Notes under the pieces: model-generated
The model's input: the letters and a program-made list of their open reading frames with translations, nothing else
Databases searched by the model: none
Told to the model about the DNA's origin: nothing
Made by a program: the position numbers and the translations under genes
Part shown: piece after piece, positions 1-11,405 of the stretch
How positions within the stretch are numbered: position 1 is the stretch's first letter
Layout of the letters: each line of letters starts with the position of its first letter
Source: Leucoraja erinacea
Taxonomy: Eukaryota
Length of the DNA stretch: 64,000 nucleotides
Assembly (NCBI RefSeq): GCF_028641065.1
Contig: NC_073377.1
Location: 31,744,001 to 31,808,000 of the forward strand
Direction: 5' to 3'

Positions 1-536
1 CCTTATATCGCCCCTCCAAGCATATGCAGAGGGAGAGGATGTTGAAAGATTGGTGCACCATCAAGGCTAACCCTGACCTTCCCATCCATGCTGACTTGAA
101 CAATCTGCCCAACATTCGCCTGAAATCTCGCAAACCCTTCTGGTCTTCCGTTAAATCCCTGGAAGACATTGACTCCAAGACTGAGTGGTGCAGAGCCTGA
201 AAAGATGCCAGCACCAACAACGGAGATGTCATCACAGACCCCACAATGAAACCACCGGGTTTTGACCTCCATCGCAAGCAATGGCTAACCCTGGACAGAA
301 TCCGCACCCCCCATGCAATAACAGCCCATCACCTGCATAAGTGGGGGATGACAGACAGCCCTGCTTGCGACTGCGGACATCCAGACCAGACCATCCCACA
401 TATCGTGAATGACTGCCCACTGAGGCTTTTCCCTCGAGGCATCAAAGCCATCCACCCAGTAACTGATGCTGTCCTGGCCTGGATGCCTACCCTTGATCTA
501 CAACTTTAGGCTGTGCACGCCTTACACAAGAAGAAG
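1..536 (+). mobile_element. 3' end of Vingi/Ingi-like non-LTR retrotransposon
   Basis: ORF 246-509 PPGFDLHRKQWLTLDRIRT...HKWG..DSPACDCGHPDQTIPHIVNDCP is a CCHC zinc-knuckle C-terminus of the Ingi/Vingi type; short 3' UTR ending in (AAG)n at about 528-536. Confidence 0.7.
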
Positions 537-1067
537 CCTAATTCTCCAGCACATGGAAGGTGTTGCATAAGTACAAGCCTCTTCTTTTTCATTGAGGACT
601 GTGGGATTATATTGAGATCCAGCAATACCCTGTGATCTAAGTTGAAAAAAAAAATTCTATCTTGGTACATGGGCATGTCAAGGTACACCTGTCATTGCCA
701 TTTCCACTTCAGAAGGAATATAGCCACAGAATTAATGGTACTTGCTGCAAGATGATTCTCCAACAAAAATAGCTCTACCTGAAGCTGTGAACGTAACCAC
801 AACATTAAGGTTTATGTAAATGTATACTTCCCAGCAACCACAGGGGAGCCAGCTGTCCAAACCAAGTGAGCGATGAGGTGTTTTGAAGGAGTAACATCTT
901 AGTCATCATTTTACACTGTAGATTTCACCTGGAATTTGTGCTGCTTGGCTGGATTCCCAGACAATATTATACCCAAGTGGTAGGCATTCATTCCTAATTG
1001 CATATGTACATGTCAGTGTTGTATGGATGTAGATCTGGAGTACTGCCTGTTTTGAATGTCCATTTAG

Positions 1068-1232
1068 AGTAATAGTCAGTCATATGGCATAGAAACAGGC
1101 CCGTTGGCCAAACTTGCATATGCCGACCAAGATGTCTCATCTACATTAGTCACACCTACCCATGTTTGCCCCATATTGCTAAACCTTTCCTATCCATGTA
1201 CTTGTCCAAATGGCTTTTAAATGTTGTTATAG
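1068..1232 (-). mobile_element. CR1 (HER1-like) LINE 3' UTR fragment
   Basis: Reverse complement matches the 3' tails of other CR1 copies in the window (gggcctgtttc...tatg). Confidence 0.7.
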
Positions 1233-1871
1233 TGTAAATTGCTCATTTTAAGCTTCCCCCCCATTCTAGTTTCAGTCAAAAATCACTGAGTCAAGCACTT
1301 GCATTTATTCCAACAAAACACAATTGCAATTACAATTCCAACTACTGTATCAACACATCGCAGGTTCAATCCTTGTATCTGCTTGATCAAGCCCTCTAGG
1401 CTCGTTCAAACAGAGACATTCCAGAAGTTCACACAGTCCCAAACCGTCTCCCAGAAGATCGAAACAGGACCTCGTGGCAGCCGACTTTTATAGGTCACCG
1501 TACCTCGAGGGGCCGAACCACATGGGGGTGGTCTGTTTACAATCCAATTACGGATATCGATTAACCCCATACATGACAGACATTTCCCTAACCCAATAAT
1601 ACAGTGGCTAACACATTGTATTCAAACAGTTTTTCTCAGAGAAAACGAACATCACAACATTTGCCCTGATACGCAAGAGAACCAGACAAGGCTCACTACC
1701 TCATCCAATCAACATTCAGCAAAGTAGAGCTCTGCAAAATTATTTACAATTATTTACAAGGTGTACGTCTGGTTTCCACTTATCCACTCCATTCTATACA
1801 TTTTGCACCTAATTGAAGGGTCTGCAGATGTTCTTATTGTTTTCCTGAGGCTTGGATCTAGGCTCTAGACA
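1233..1871 (-). mobile_element. Solo LTR-like element, family shared with 31850-32433
   Basis: Minus strand starts TGTCTAGAGCC and ends AATTTACA; TATAAAA (about 1486-1492) and AATAAA (about 1305) on minus; same termini and about 300 bp of similarity to 31850-32433; no clear TSD. Confidence 0.6.
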
Positions 1872-2167
1872 AATTGGCACCACTCTGCAGCTTGTCCCAG
1901 TTCCACAGAGAGCACTTTCAATTTGACAAAATCTCCCAGCAGCCCTGAAGCTTTTACTCAATTTTAGAATCCTAGCCCCTCCAATCTGGCCAGGATTAAC
2001 ACATGGATATGTAGAGAATGGAGGGAAATGGATTATGTGCAACCAGGTAATTTTTTGTCTTGGCATCATGTTCAACACAGACATTGTGGGCTGAAGGGCC
2101 TATTTCTGTACTGTACTGTTCTATGTTATATGTACTCCTTAACATGGAGCTCAACATGGTACACATT

Positions 2168-2495
2168 TACATATTTCGCTTGGGCAACTTACAACGCAAC
2201 GGTATGAATATTGAATTCTCTAACTTCAAGTAACCCTTGCTTTCCCTAACTCTCCATTCCTCCCCCACCCTAGTTCTCTGACTAGTTTCACTGTCCTTCT
2301 GATTATTTTTATTGATTGTATGCCTTCTTGTCACCTTCTCCTCAGCTAACAATGTACCATTCTATATTTCCTTATCGTTGTCTGCTTTCTCATTCTGAAG
2401 AAGGGACTCGACCCGAAAAGTCACCCATTCTTTCTCTCCAGAGATGCTGCCTGTCCTGCTGAGTTACTCCAGCATTTTGTGTCCATCTATGGTAC
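2168..2495 (+). mobile_element. Penelope-like element 3' fragment with hammerhead-like motif
   Basis: Encodes IFRLGNLQRNGMNIEFSNFK* (cf. LIFRLGSLRPDGMNVEFSQF at the end of the 45034-45513 GIY-YIG ORF); CTGAAGAAGGGACTCGACCCGAAA at 2395-2418. Confidence 0.8.
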
Positions 2496-2804
2496 ATAGT
2501 ACTTCAGGTGCACTGTTACCAATGCTTTGTAAAGTTGCATCATTGTTTCCCTAATTTTATATTCCATACCCTTGCAATTAAGGGCCAACATTCAACATGC
2601 CTCCCTTTTTCTTTGTGTTTCTTTATTTAGTACTCACGGATTTTCAGGCCCCGAGAGATGAAGATTTATGCACTGTTGAGTGACTGTTATCCCCTTTACG
2701 ATGTTTCAGCAATGTTCGTAAACTGTTGTAGGACAGATCACTGGGATATTCTGACACCTTGCAAGCCCCTATGAATGCTGATATCCATAAGCACACTGCC
2801 AGTA

Positions 2805-3087
2805 GTCTTAGTTTAGTTTAAGTTTAGTTTAAGATTAGTTTAAGATACACCAAGTCCACACTGACCTTCAATCATCTATTCACAGCTGTTCTACGTTATC
2901 CCACACTCTCTTTCACTCTCCACAGACTATGGACAATTCACCTACTAATCCACACCTCTTTGGGACATGGGATGAAACCAGAGCACCCAGAGGAAACCCA
3001 CACAGACAGCACCTGAGGTCAGGATTGAACCTGGGTCTCTGGTGCTGTGAGGCAGCAGTTCTACCAGTTGCACCACTGTGCCACCCT
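2805..3087 (-). mobile_element. tRNA-derived V-SINE (HE1-like), degraded
   Basis: A/B-box head on minus (gtggcacagtgg...ggttcaatcc), (AAACT)n tail. Confidence 0.7.
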
Positions 3088-3114
3088 ACTGCTTTAAGCC
3101 ACTTCCTGCTATAG

Positions 3115-3322
3115 CATCTTTGCCGCAGAAGGCTGTAGAGGCCAAGTCAATCGGTATTTTTAATGCAGAGATGGATAGATTCTTGATTAGTACGGGTGTC
3201 AGGGGTTATGGAGAAAAGGCAGGAGAATGGAGTTTGGAAGAAGAAATAGCTCATTGAATGGCTGTGTAGATTTAATGGGCTGAATGGCCTAATTCTGCAC
3301 ATATCATATGACCTTATGACCT
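3115..3322 (+). mobile_element. CR1 LINE 3' end
   Basis: LPQKAVEAKS..IFNAEMDRFLI C-terminus plus 3' UTR and (TTATGACC) tail. Confidence 0.8.
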
Positions 3323-3929
3323 TAAGAGCACATCAAGGTCAAATATGAAAGTGAACCAAAATATAGAAAGTGAACAGAGATAAAAACTCATGGCTATGTT
3401 CAGCAAACAGACTCCTCCAGAAAGTGCTGGTTATCGATTGAGCAAAGTCACAGAGCAAATCCTCAGACAGGTAAAGGCTTCTCAGTCTTACTTTTCCTGA
3501 GCAGCTAATGCCCTTTCTTAACCTTCTAACTTCACGCAGAAGGAGGATGAATCACCTAATTACGCTGTGTAACATCACTATTAACTACTTCCAGGTAGAC
3601 GGCTGATTATTTTCTGCCAGCTGTTCATGTTGCAGCATGGCAAATATTTGGTGCTTTCAGTCCTGCTAAAAATCTACTAGGGTTACAGACACTTTTTTCA
3701 TACTTCAGGCGTTTTCCATAAATTGGGTGCTCCCAGACATGTGTCCTGTGGACTGTGTCCTGTGGAATAGTCTCATTCTGAAAGTGAGTAGGTAGGATAC
3801 TGAGTTGGAGTAGAAGGGAATAGAAAATAAAATCAGCAGATGCCACAAATGTGGAGAGAGCATTGATCACCTGAATCTCAGCAAGGGTGATGTGTGCAGC
3901 ATCTATGATTCAATCTTCATTGAACACTG

Positions 3930-4390
3930 CCTCCTGCCCCAGCCACAGTTGCAAGCTCTGTGCAGTATGAACATTACATTGCCAGTGAAAGTCCAAATCA
4001 TTGTTGCTTTGAACCGTTGTGCATCAAACTCCTTTCATGCTGCTGCTGCTGCTGCTGCAGCATTCCTGGCCTGCTACTGTAACTACTGGTGCATAGCGGA
4101 GGGCAGAGCCTGCTCATTCAAAGAGACCAGACATTTCATTTTTGCTTGACAGAGAGCAGCAGGTGGAGCAGGATTTGTGAAGATTGCTAGATTTCCCATG
4201 GTACAGAACACCACAGATTGTGCACATATCATATTTTGACCCACTTGTCAAGCGAAAGATGCATCAGAAACACAAAAAAAAAGCATTCAACTCATTGAAT
4301 GCCTGTTGAAGCCGCAGTTTGTGTAGGCTAACATCCAGTTTTGTGGCAACAGTCTCCATTCAGCAACAGTCTACTGATTCCTCTCCATTT
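3930..4390 (+). pseudogene. Fossil PIF/Harbinger (HARBI1-like DDE_Tnp_4) transposase fragment
   Basis: Frameshifted motifs LPVKVQIIVALNRCASNSFH (about 3979-4038), GFVKIARFPMVQNTTDCAHI (4171-4230; cf. IAGFPxVxGAIDCTHI) and FNSLNA (about 4285-4302; cf. GFHSLNVQ), in the expected order. Confidence 0.7.
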
Positions 4391-4462
4391 CTAAAGAGGG
4401 AGCAGGGGTGTTGCAATTTCCCCATTAATGGGAGGGAGGAACCCATAGTTTATGGTATTTTT

Positions 4463-4762
4463 GGGGGCAGCACAGTGGTGCAGCGCTAGAGCTGCTGCCT
4501 CAAGGTGCCAGAGACCCGGGTTTGATCCTGTCTGTGCGGAGTTTGTACATTCTTCCAGTGACCACATGGCTTTTCTCCGATTTCCTCCCACATTCCAAAG
4601 ATGTGCAGGTTTGTAGGTTAATTGACTTCTGTAAATTGTACTCAGTGTGTGTAGGATGCAAGGGTGCACAAACATAGCATTTGCAGGTGATCAATGGTTG
4701 GCATGGACTCAGTGGGCTGAAGGGACTGTTTCCATGCTGACTACAGTGAACTAAATTGAACT
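4463..4762 (+). mobile_element. tRNA-derived V-SINE (HE1-like), near full length
   Basis: Head gcagcacagtggtgcagc...gggtttgatcc, V-domain ggagtttgtacattct...cctcccacattccaaag, CR1-derived tail. Confidence 0.85.
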
Positions 4763-4764
4763 GG

Positions 4765-5432
4765 TGGATCTGGGTGTGTGAAAAAGTGACAAGTAGATGT
4801 ACGTGATGGGGATTTTTTGATTGGAGGATTGTTGGACAAAGGACTGAAATGAAAAGACAAAAAGCATTAGAGATGGAGGTATGGACAGAAAAGTCACAAA
4901 TTGTTAAGCCAGAGGAAGGAATAGAGGTGGAAGAGGACAGGGGGAAAGGGAAGGAATGGGTGCAAATCCATCTGGTGCACAGGGAAGATGGAGGGGGGGG
5001 GAGTGAGGAAGAAGGGGGGATGGTGTTGTTTGTAAGTTAATTACATAACATTGGAGAATTTGACATCAATACCGTAAGGTTATTTGCCACTCAAGTGTAA
5101 TACGTGGTCCTCCAGTTTGTGTGTGACATTACTCTGGCAATGGAGGAGACCCAGGACATAAGGTCAGTATGAGAATGGGAGTTAAAATAGTTAGCAACCT
5201 AGAAATCCAACAGACCTTGGTGGACCGAGCACAAGTGTTGGGCAAAATGGTCACCTGATGGTTCTAGGCTTGATCTCGCGGGTGTAAATGAGTCCACATT
5301 GGGAACACCATATACAGTAGATGAGGTTAGAGGAGGTGTATGTGAACTCTGTATCATCTGGAAGGACTGCTGGGGTCACTGGATGAAAGTGAGGGTGGAA
5401 TATAGGCAAGAAACCATCTCTGCGGAAGTTGG
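4765..5432 (-). mobile_element. Degraded Penelope-like element (GIY-YIG endonuclease region)
   Basis: FTYTSSNLIYCIWCSQCGLIYTREIKPR in ORF 5251-5469; homologous to 45034-45513. Confidence 0.8.
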
Positions 5433-6046
5433 AAAGGGGTATAATGTTAAAGGATGTCCTTAAAAGCAAGCAAATGATCTTGTTGTTGTTAAGAAGCCTT
5501 ATTTGCCATCAATTATCATACGTTGCAATCAATGCACTGCAAATTGACTGATGATTTTCTATCATCCATTCACAGCATGTTATTTCTCCTAGCTTGAGCA
5601 AAGGCTCAGAAAATCTGTCCTATTCCCTGCTTCAGGCAATAACTGAAGCTCATATCTTAAACTGGAATAGAAACCAGTCAAAATTACAATGACCAAGTTT
5701 AAACACCTATTTGATAATTACTGTTTAAATAAATACATCCAAACAATAATGGTAGGGCAGGTGGTGTAATGCATTTGTGGTTCATTTGTGTTTCATCAGA
5801 TACACAGATGTAAGACACCTGTGTGGAATACAGATGCATTACATTTCTGCCTTGCCAGATGATGCAATGCATCTGTGCACCATGCAAATGCATTACTGCC
5901 GTGCACCTGTAGAAAATCATTGCATTCCATGGTACCATCATCAGGAGTAGGCGATGAGGATTGTGGAAGCTATGCTCAAAAATTGATGAGCTGGAATCTT
6001 GGATTGAGACACTGATGTATCAAGGAGGGGACAGTAACATTGCTTT

Positions 6047-6347
6047 ATTTAGTTTAGTTTAGAGGTACAGCGTGGAAACAGGCACTTCGGCCCACCGTGT
6101 CCTCACCAACCAGTGATCCCCACACACTAACACTACTCTACACACACTAGGGACAATTTACACATACACCAAGCCAATTGACCTACAAATCTGTACGTCT
6201 TTGGAGTGTGCGAGGAAACCGAAGAGCTCGGAGAAAACCCACATGGTCACGGGGAGAACGTACAAACTCCGTACCGACAGCACACGTAGTCAGGATTGAA
6301 CCCGGGTCTCCGGCGCTGCAAGCCAAGCACTGTAACCTTGCCACCCT
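6047..6347 (-). mobile_element. V-SINE (HE1-like), well preserved
   Basis: B-box gggttcaatcc, V-domain gagtttgtacgttctccccgtgacc, (CTAAA)n tail. Confidence 0.85.
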
Positions 6348-7212
6348 GAGGCAGTGATAACTCTTCAATTAAATACTGCAGAATTGCTCAGTCAAGAGCA
6401 AAAGTGGTAGAACTGCATGATGTAAATATGTGGAATCAGGAAGCAATGCTGAAGGAAATGCAGCTTTTGTACTTGTCCAACGGGTGTGAAATTGTAGCAA
6501 TCCACATGATCAAAAGCACATACTTTGGGAAGGATTAGCTAATTGTGCTCACTGCAGCATGGCGTTGTTCAGGTTGGGAGAGTTGAAAGGAAAGCAGTAG
6601 TGATTTAAGAGCAATATACCTTAGAGTAATTGTAAATATTCTCCTTGAATTTTGTTTTTATATTTAGTAAAGAATACTCAATATTATCACTAATTCTGGC
6701 AATGCCACCTCGCCAGTGAGCTGCATTGGTCAATAATTTATCAGAATGATGATATTAAAACATTTATAGAACCAAGAACACAAGAACATTGGAGAGAATG
6801 CAGTCCAGTGGCACATTTGTTGCCTTATAATGTCAGAGACTAGGGTTCGATCCTAACTACAGGAGTTTATAAGTTTCCTCTGTTGGTTTTCCAACAGTTT
6901 CAGGTATGGGTGAAAGATGATTTAGAATATTTTAAAAAAATTATCTCACTGTGGCAATGGAATAATCTCCCTCCTGTTTTCCTTCTTCACTTATTCCTTC
7001 TCTTTCACTTTTTCTTTATTGGTTTTTCACCCACGCTCACTAATCTATTCTTCACTTTTCACAACCTCTTTTTCTTCTCTCCTTTCTCACCTCTCTTTTA
7101 AAAAAAAGGGAAGTTGTACAGAGAATGTAATATGTTAACATCGTTTTTTGTACCAATGCATTGTACTCACTTCTACTAAATAAAATATTAAAAAAATAAA
7201 ATAAAGTAAGTT

Positions 7213-7409
7213 TCCTCTGTGACTGCATGGGTTTTCTCCAGGTGCTCCGGTTTCCTCCCACATTCCTAAGATGTGCAGGTTTGTAGGTTAATTGGCTTCT
7301 GTAAATTATCCCTATTGAGTAGGATAGAATTAGAGTATGGGTGATGGTTGGTCCGCGTGGGCTGGGTGGGCCGAAGGGCCAGTTTCCATGCTGTATCTCC
7401 AAAACTAAG
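7213..7409 (+). mobile_element. V-SINE 3' part
   Basis: V-domain ggtgctccggtttcctcccacat and CR1-like tail. Confidence 0.75.
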
Positions 7410-7519
7410 AAGAGCAGGAGAAGTTGATTTGCTTCTTCAAGCCTCCTCGACCATTCATTATGATTATGGCTAATCTTGAACATCACTACCATTTCCCAAC
7501 ACAAGTCCCAGATCCATTG

Positions 7520-7760
7520 ATAGACACAAAATGCTGGAGTAACTCAGCAGGTCAGGCAGCATCGGCGGAGAAAAGGAATACATGACCTTTCGGGTTGAAA
7601 CCCTTCTTCAGAATGAGATCTTCCTCAGTCTGAAGAAGGGCCTCAACACAAAATGTCACCTATTCCTTTTCTCCAGATAAGCTGCTTGACCTGCTGAGTT
7701 ACTCCAGCATTTTGTGTCCATCTTTGGTGAAAACCTGCATCTGCCTTTCCTATCCTACAC
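7520..7760. mobile_element. Palindromic Penelope-derived short element (head-to-head terminal repeats)
   Basis: gacacaaaatgctggagtaactcagc...cttcttcaga / tctgaagaagg...gctgagttactccagcattttgtgtc, arms about 90 bp. Confidence 0.8.
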
Positions 7761-7968
7761 CCCAGTTACTTTGCTTCCCCTAAGGCCCAGAAATCTATTG
7801 ATCTCTGTTTTAACTGAATATAATGACTGAGTTTCCACACCCATAAGGCCTAGATAATGCTGAAGGTTTACCATTGTCTGATTGAAGACATCCTTTTAAA
7901 TCTTCCTCCGAAATAGCGCACTCCTTATTCAGATAACACAGGAACAATAGAGAAATGTAGAAACAAAG

Positions 7969-8340
7969 ATATAAAATCATAAAAGGACTGGAAAAGCTAG
8001 ATGCAGGAAAAATGTTCCCAATTTTGGGCGAGTCCAGAACCAGGGGCCACAGTCTTAGAATAAAGGTGAGGCCATTTAAGACTGAGGTGAGAAAAAACGT
8101 TTTCACCCAGAGAGTTGTGAATTTGTGGAATTTCCTGCCACAGAGGGCAGTGGAGGCCAAATCACTGAATGGATTTAAGAGAGAGTTAGATAGAGTTCTA
8201 GGGGCTAGTGGAATCAAGGGATGTGAGGAGAAGGCAGGCATGGGTTATTGATAGGGGACGATCAGCCATGATCACAATGAATGGCGTTGCTGGCTCGAAG
8301 GGACGAATGGCCTCCTCCTGCACCTATTTTCTATGTTTCT
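7969..8340 (+). mobile_element. CR1 LINE 3' end
   Basis: ORF 8012-8251 GESRTRGHSLRIK...FTQRVVNLWN, 3' UTR and (TTTCTATG) tail. Confidence 0.9.
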
Positions 8341-8942
8341 AGAACTGCAGATGGAGAAGAAAGGTCACAACCTGAATTGTCACCTGTCTGAATTCTCCAG
8401 AGATGCTGCCTGACCTGCCGAGTTACTCCAGAAACAACAGAAACTTGGAGGTTAATAACCTGCACTTTCACTATCCCTAGAGTTACATCCTGCAACATTC
8501 TGAGGAGTAATTCATTGGCTTCCTGAGATTTATCAGCTTTAAAGCTCACCAAATTCACTATTACTATTTTTAAAATTAATATTCAGCTCCTTCGTTCTCT
8601 CAATCTCCTAGTTCCTTGAACCTTCAATAAATCCAGAAGATTTTGTGTGCCTTCTTCCATGAAGCCAGACTCAAAGTAATTGTTTAAGTCGCCTGTCAAT
8701 TGCTTATTCTCTATAATAAATTATCCTGTTCCTGTCTGTAGCAGGGCCACTTAGTTCTCATTTGTCTTTTCCTTATTACATAACTTTAAAAGCGCTTACA
8801 ATTTTTATGTTTCTCTCCATTCTCCAGAAATATTATACAATTTTCCGAATCAGTTTATCGGTCCTTCCTTGGTATGTTCTAAAATAATTCCAATCATATG
8901 TTTTATCAGGCCCAGGAGATTTATCCACCTTCATACCCCTTA

Positions 8943-11405
8943 AAGGGCTGTCCAACTGCGACCTAATTGGCGAGTTTAGAAGAGTTTAGGGGAGTTTGAA
9001 AAAGTGTCATGTTGAAGACCTCCTTCAACCTCCTTCGACTATGTTGAAGACTAGCTTCGGGAAAATTGGACACCGAATAGTGGAGAGTGAAGACGACCTC
9101 CTTCAATCTCCTTCTATCTCTTTAAAAAAAATAAAAAATAAAAAAATAAAAGAATCTTAAGAAAGAAATTAGAAAAGCTAAAAGAAGATATGAGGTTGCT
9201 TTGGCAAGTAAGGTAAAAGTAAATCCGAAGGGTTTCTACCGCTATATTAATAGCAAAAGGATAACGAGGGATAAAATTGGTCCATTAGGGAGTCAGAGTG
9301 GACAACTATCTGCAGAGCCAAAAGAGATGGGGGAGATATTGAACAGTTTCTTTTCTTCGGTATTCACCAAGGAGAAGGATATTGAATTATGTGAGGTAAG
9401 GGAAACAAGTAGAGTAGCTATGGAAACTATGAGGATCAAAGAAGAGGAAGTACTGACACTTTTGAGAAATATAAAAGTGGATAAGTCTCCAGGTCCGGAC
9501 AGGATATTCCCTAGGACATTGAGGGAAGTTAGTGTAGAAATAGCAGGGGCTATGGCAGAAATATTTCAAATGTCATTAGAAACGGGAATAGTGCCGGAGG
9601 ATTGGCGTACTGCGCATGTTGTTCCATTGTTTAAAAAGGGGTCTAAGAGTAAACCTAGCAATTATAGACCTGTTAGTTTGACGTCAGTGGTGGGCAAATT
9701 AATGGAAAGAATACTTAGAGATAATATATATAAGTATCTGGATAAACAGGGTCTGATTAGGAACAGTCAACATGGATTTGTGCCTGGAAGGTCTTGTTTA
9801 ACTAATCTTCTTGAATTTTTTGAAGATGTTACTCGGGAAATTGATGAGGGTAACGCAGTGGATGTTGTGTATATGGACTTCAGTAAGGCCTTTGACAAGG
9901 TTCCTCATTGAAGGTTGGTTAAGAATGTTCAATGGTTGGGTATTAATGGTGGAGTAGCAAGATGGATTCAACAGTGGCTGAATGGGAGATGCCAGAGAGT
10001 AATGGTGGATGGTTGTTTGTCAGGTTGGAGGCCAGTGACGAGTGGGGTGCCACAGGGATCTGTGTTGGGTCCACTGTTGTTTGTCATGTACATCAATGAT
10101 CTGGATGATGGTGTGGTAAATTGGATTAGTAAGTATGCAAATGATACTAAGATAGGTGGGGTTGCGAGTAATGAAGTAGAGTTTCAAAGTCTACAGAGAG
10201 ATTTATGCCAGTTGGAAGAGTGGGCTGAAAGATGGCAGATGGAGTTTAATGCTGATAAGTGTGAGGTGCTACATCTTGGCAGGACAAATCAAAATAGGAC
10301 GTACATGGCAAATGGTAGGGAATTGAAGAATGTAGGTGAACAGAGGGATCTGGGAATAACTGTGCACAGTTCCCTGAAAGTGGAATCTCATGTAGATAGG
10401 GTGGTAAAGAAAGCTTTTGGTGTGCTGGCCTTTATAAATCAGAGCATTGAGTATAGAAGTTGGGATGTAATGTTAAAATTGTATAAGGCATTGGTGAGGC
10501 CAATTCTGGAGTATGGTGTACAATTTGGGTCGCCTAATTATAGGAAGGATGTCAACAAAATAGAGAGAGTACAGAGGAGATGTACTAGAATGTTGCCTGG
10601 GTTTCAGCAACTAAGTTACAGAGAAAGGTTGAACAAGTTAGGGCTTTATTCTTTGGAGCACAGAAGGTTAAGGGGGGACTTGATAGAGGTTTTTAAAATG
10701 ATGAGAGGGATAGACAGAGTTGACGTGGAAAAGCTTTTCCCACTGAGAGTAGGGAAGATTCAAACAAGGGGACATGACATGAGAATTAAGGGACTGAAGT
10801 TTAGGGGTAACATGAGGGGGAACGTCTTTACTCAGAGAGTGGTAGCTGTGTGGAATGAGCTTCCAGTGAAGGTGGTGGAGGCAGGTTCGTTTTTATCATT
10901 TAAAAATAAATTGGATAGTTATATGGATGGGAAGGGAATGAAGGGTTATGGTCTGAACGCAGGTATATGGGACTAGGGGAGATTATGTGTTCGGCACGGA
11001 CTAGAAGGGTCGAGATGGCCTGTTTCCGTGCTGTAATTGTTATCTCCCTTCGACTATGTTGCAGACTATCTTCGATTACCTTCGACTACCTTCGATTACC
11101 TTTGACTACCCTTGATTACCTACGAATAACATGCTGACCTACTACGACCTACTTCAACTAAACCTACGTGTATAAAAAAAATCAATTTTTTCCAAGGCGA
11201 CCTTTTTTTACTCGCGGGCATTTTGCAGCATGTTGAAATATACGGCATGACCTAGCTGAGGTCTCGAGTACTCGGGGACTACTCTCGAGCATGAAGGAGA
11301 GTTACAAAGACCTCCTAGGACCTCGTGTCGACCATGCTGCGAGTATGATTCGAGGGCAAACTCTTCTAAACTCGCCAAATAGGTCGCCGCAGTGGGACAG
11401 CCCCT
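8943..11405. mobile_element. PIF/Harbinger-type MITE (about 540 bp) containing a CR1 insertion
   Basis: TIRs aagggctgtccaactgcgacc / ggtcgccgcagtgggacagcccct; TSD TTA at 8940-8942 and 11406-11408. Confidence 0.85.
9121..11040 (+). pseudogene. Young 5'-truncated CR1 (HER1-like) LINE ORF2, reverse transcriptase domain
   Basis: ORFs 9201-9911 and 9915-10976 are in one frame, split by a single TGA (KVPH*RL); motifs DKSPGPD, NYRPVSL, DFSKAFD, GVPQGSVLGP, YAND (from YADD); TSD TATCTC at 9115-9120 and 11041-11046. Confidence 0.95.

Noticed and set aside
4463-4535. tRNA-like A/B boxes (also about 6290-6347, 19640-19705, 41434-41500)
   Set aside because: SINE heads fused to a V-domain and CR1 tail; no intact cloverleaf
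9201-10976. Functional or domesticated reverse transcriptase
   Set aside because: No endonuclease or 5' region, an in-frame stop and a catalytic YADD to YAND change
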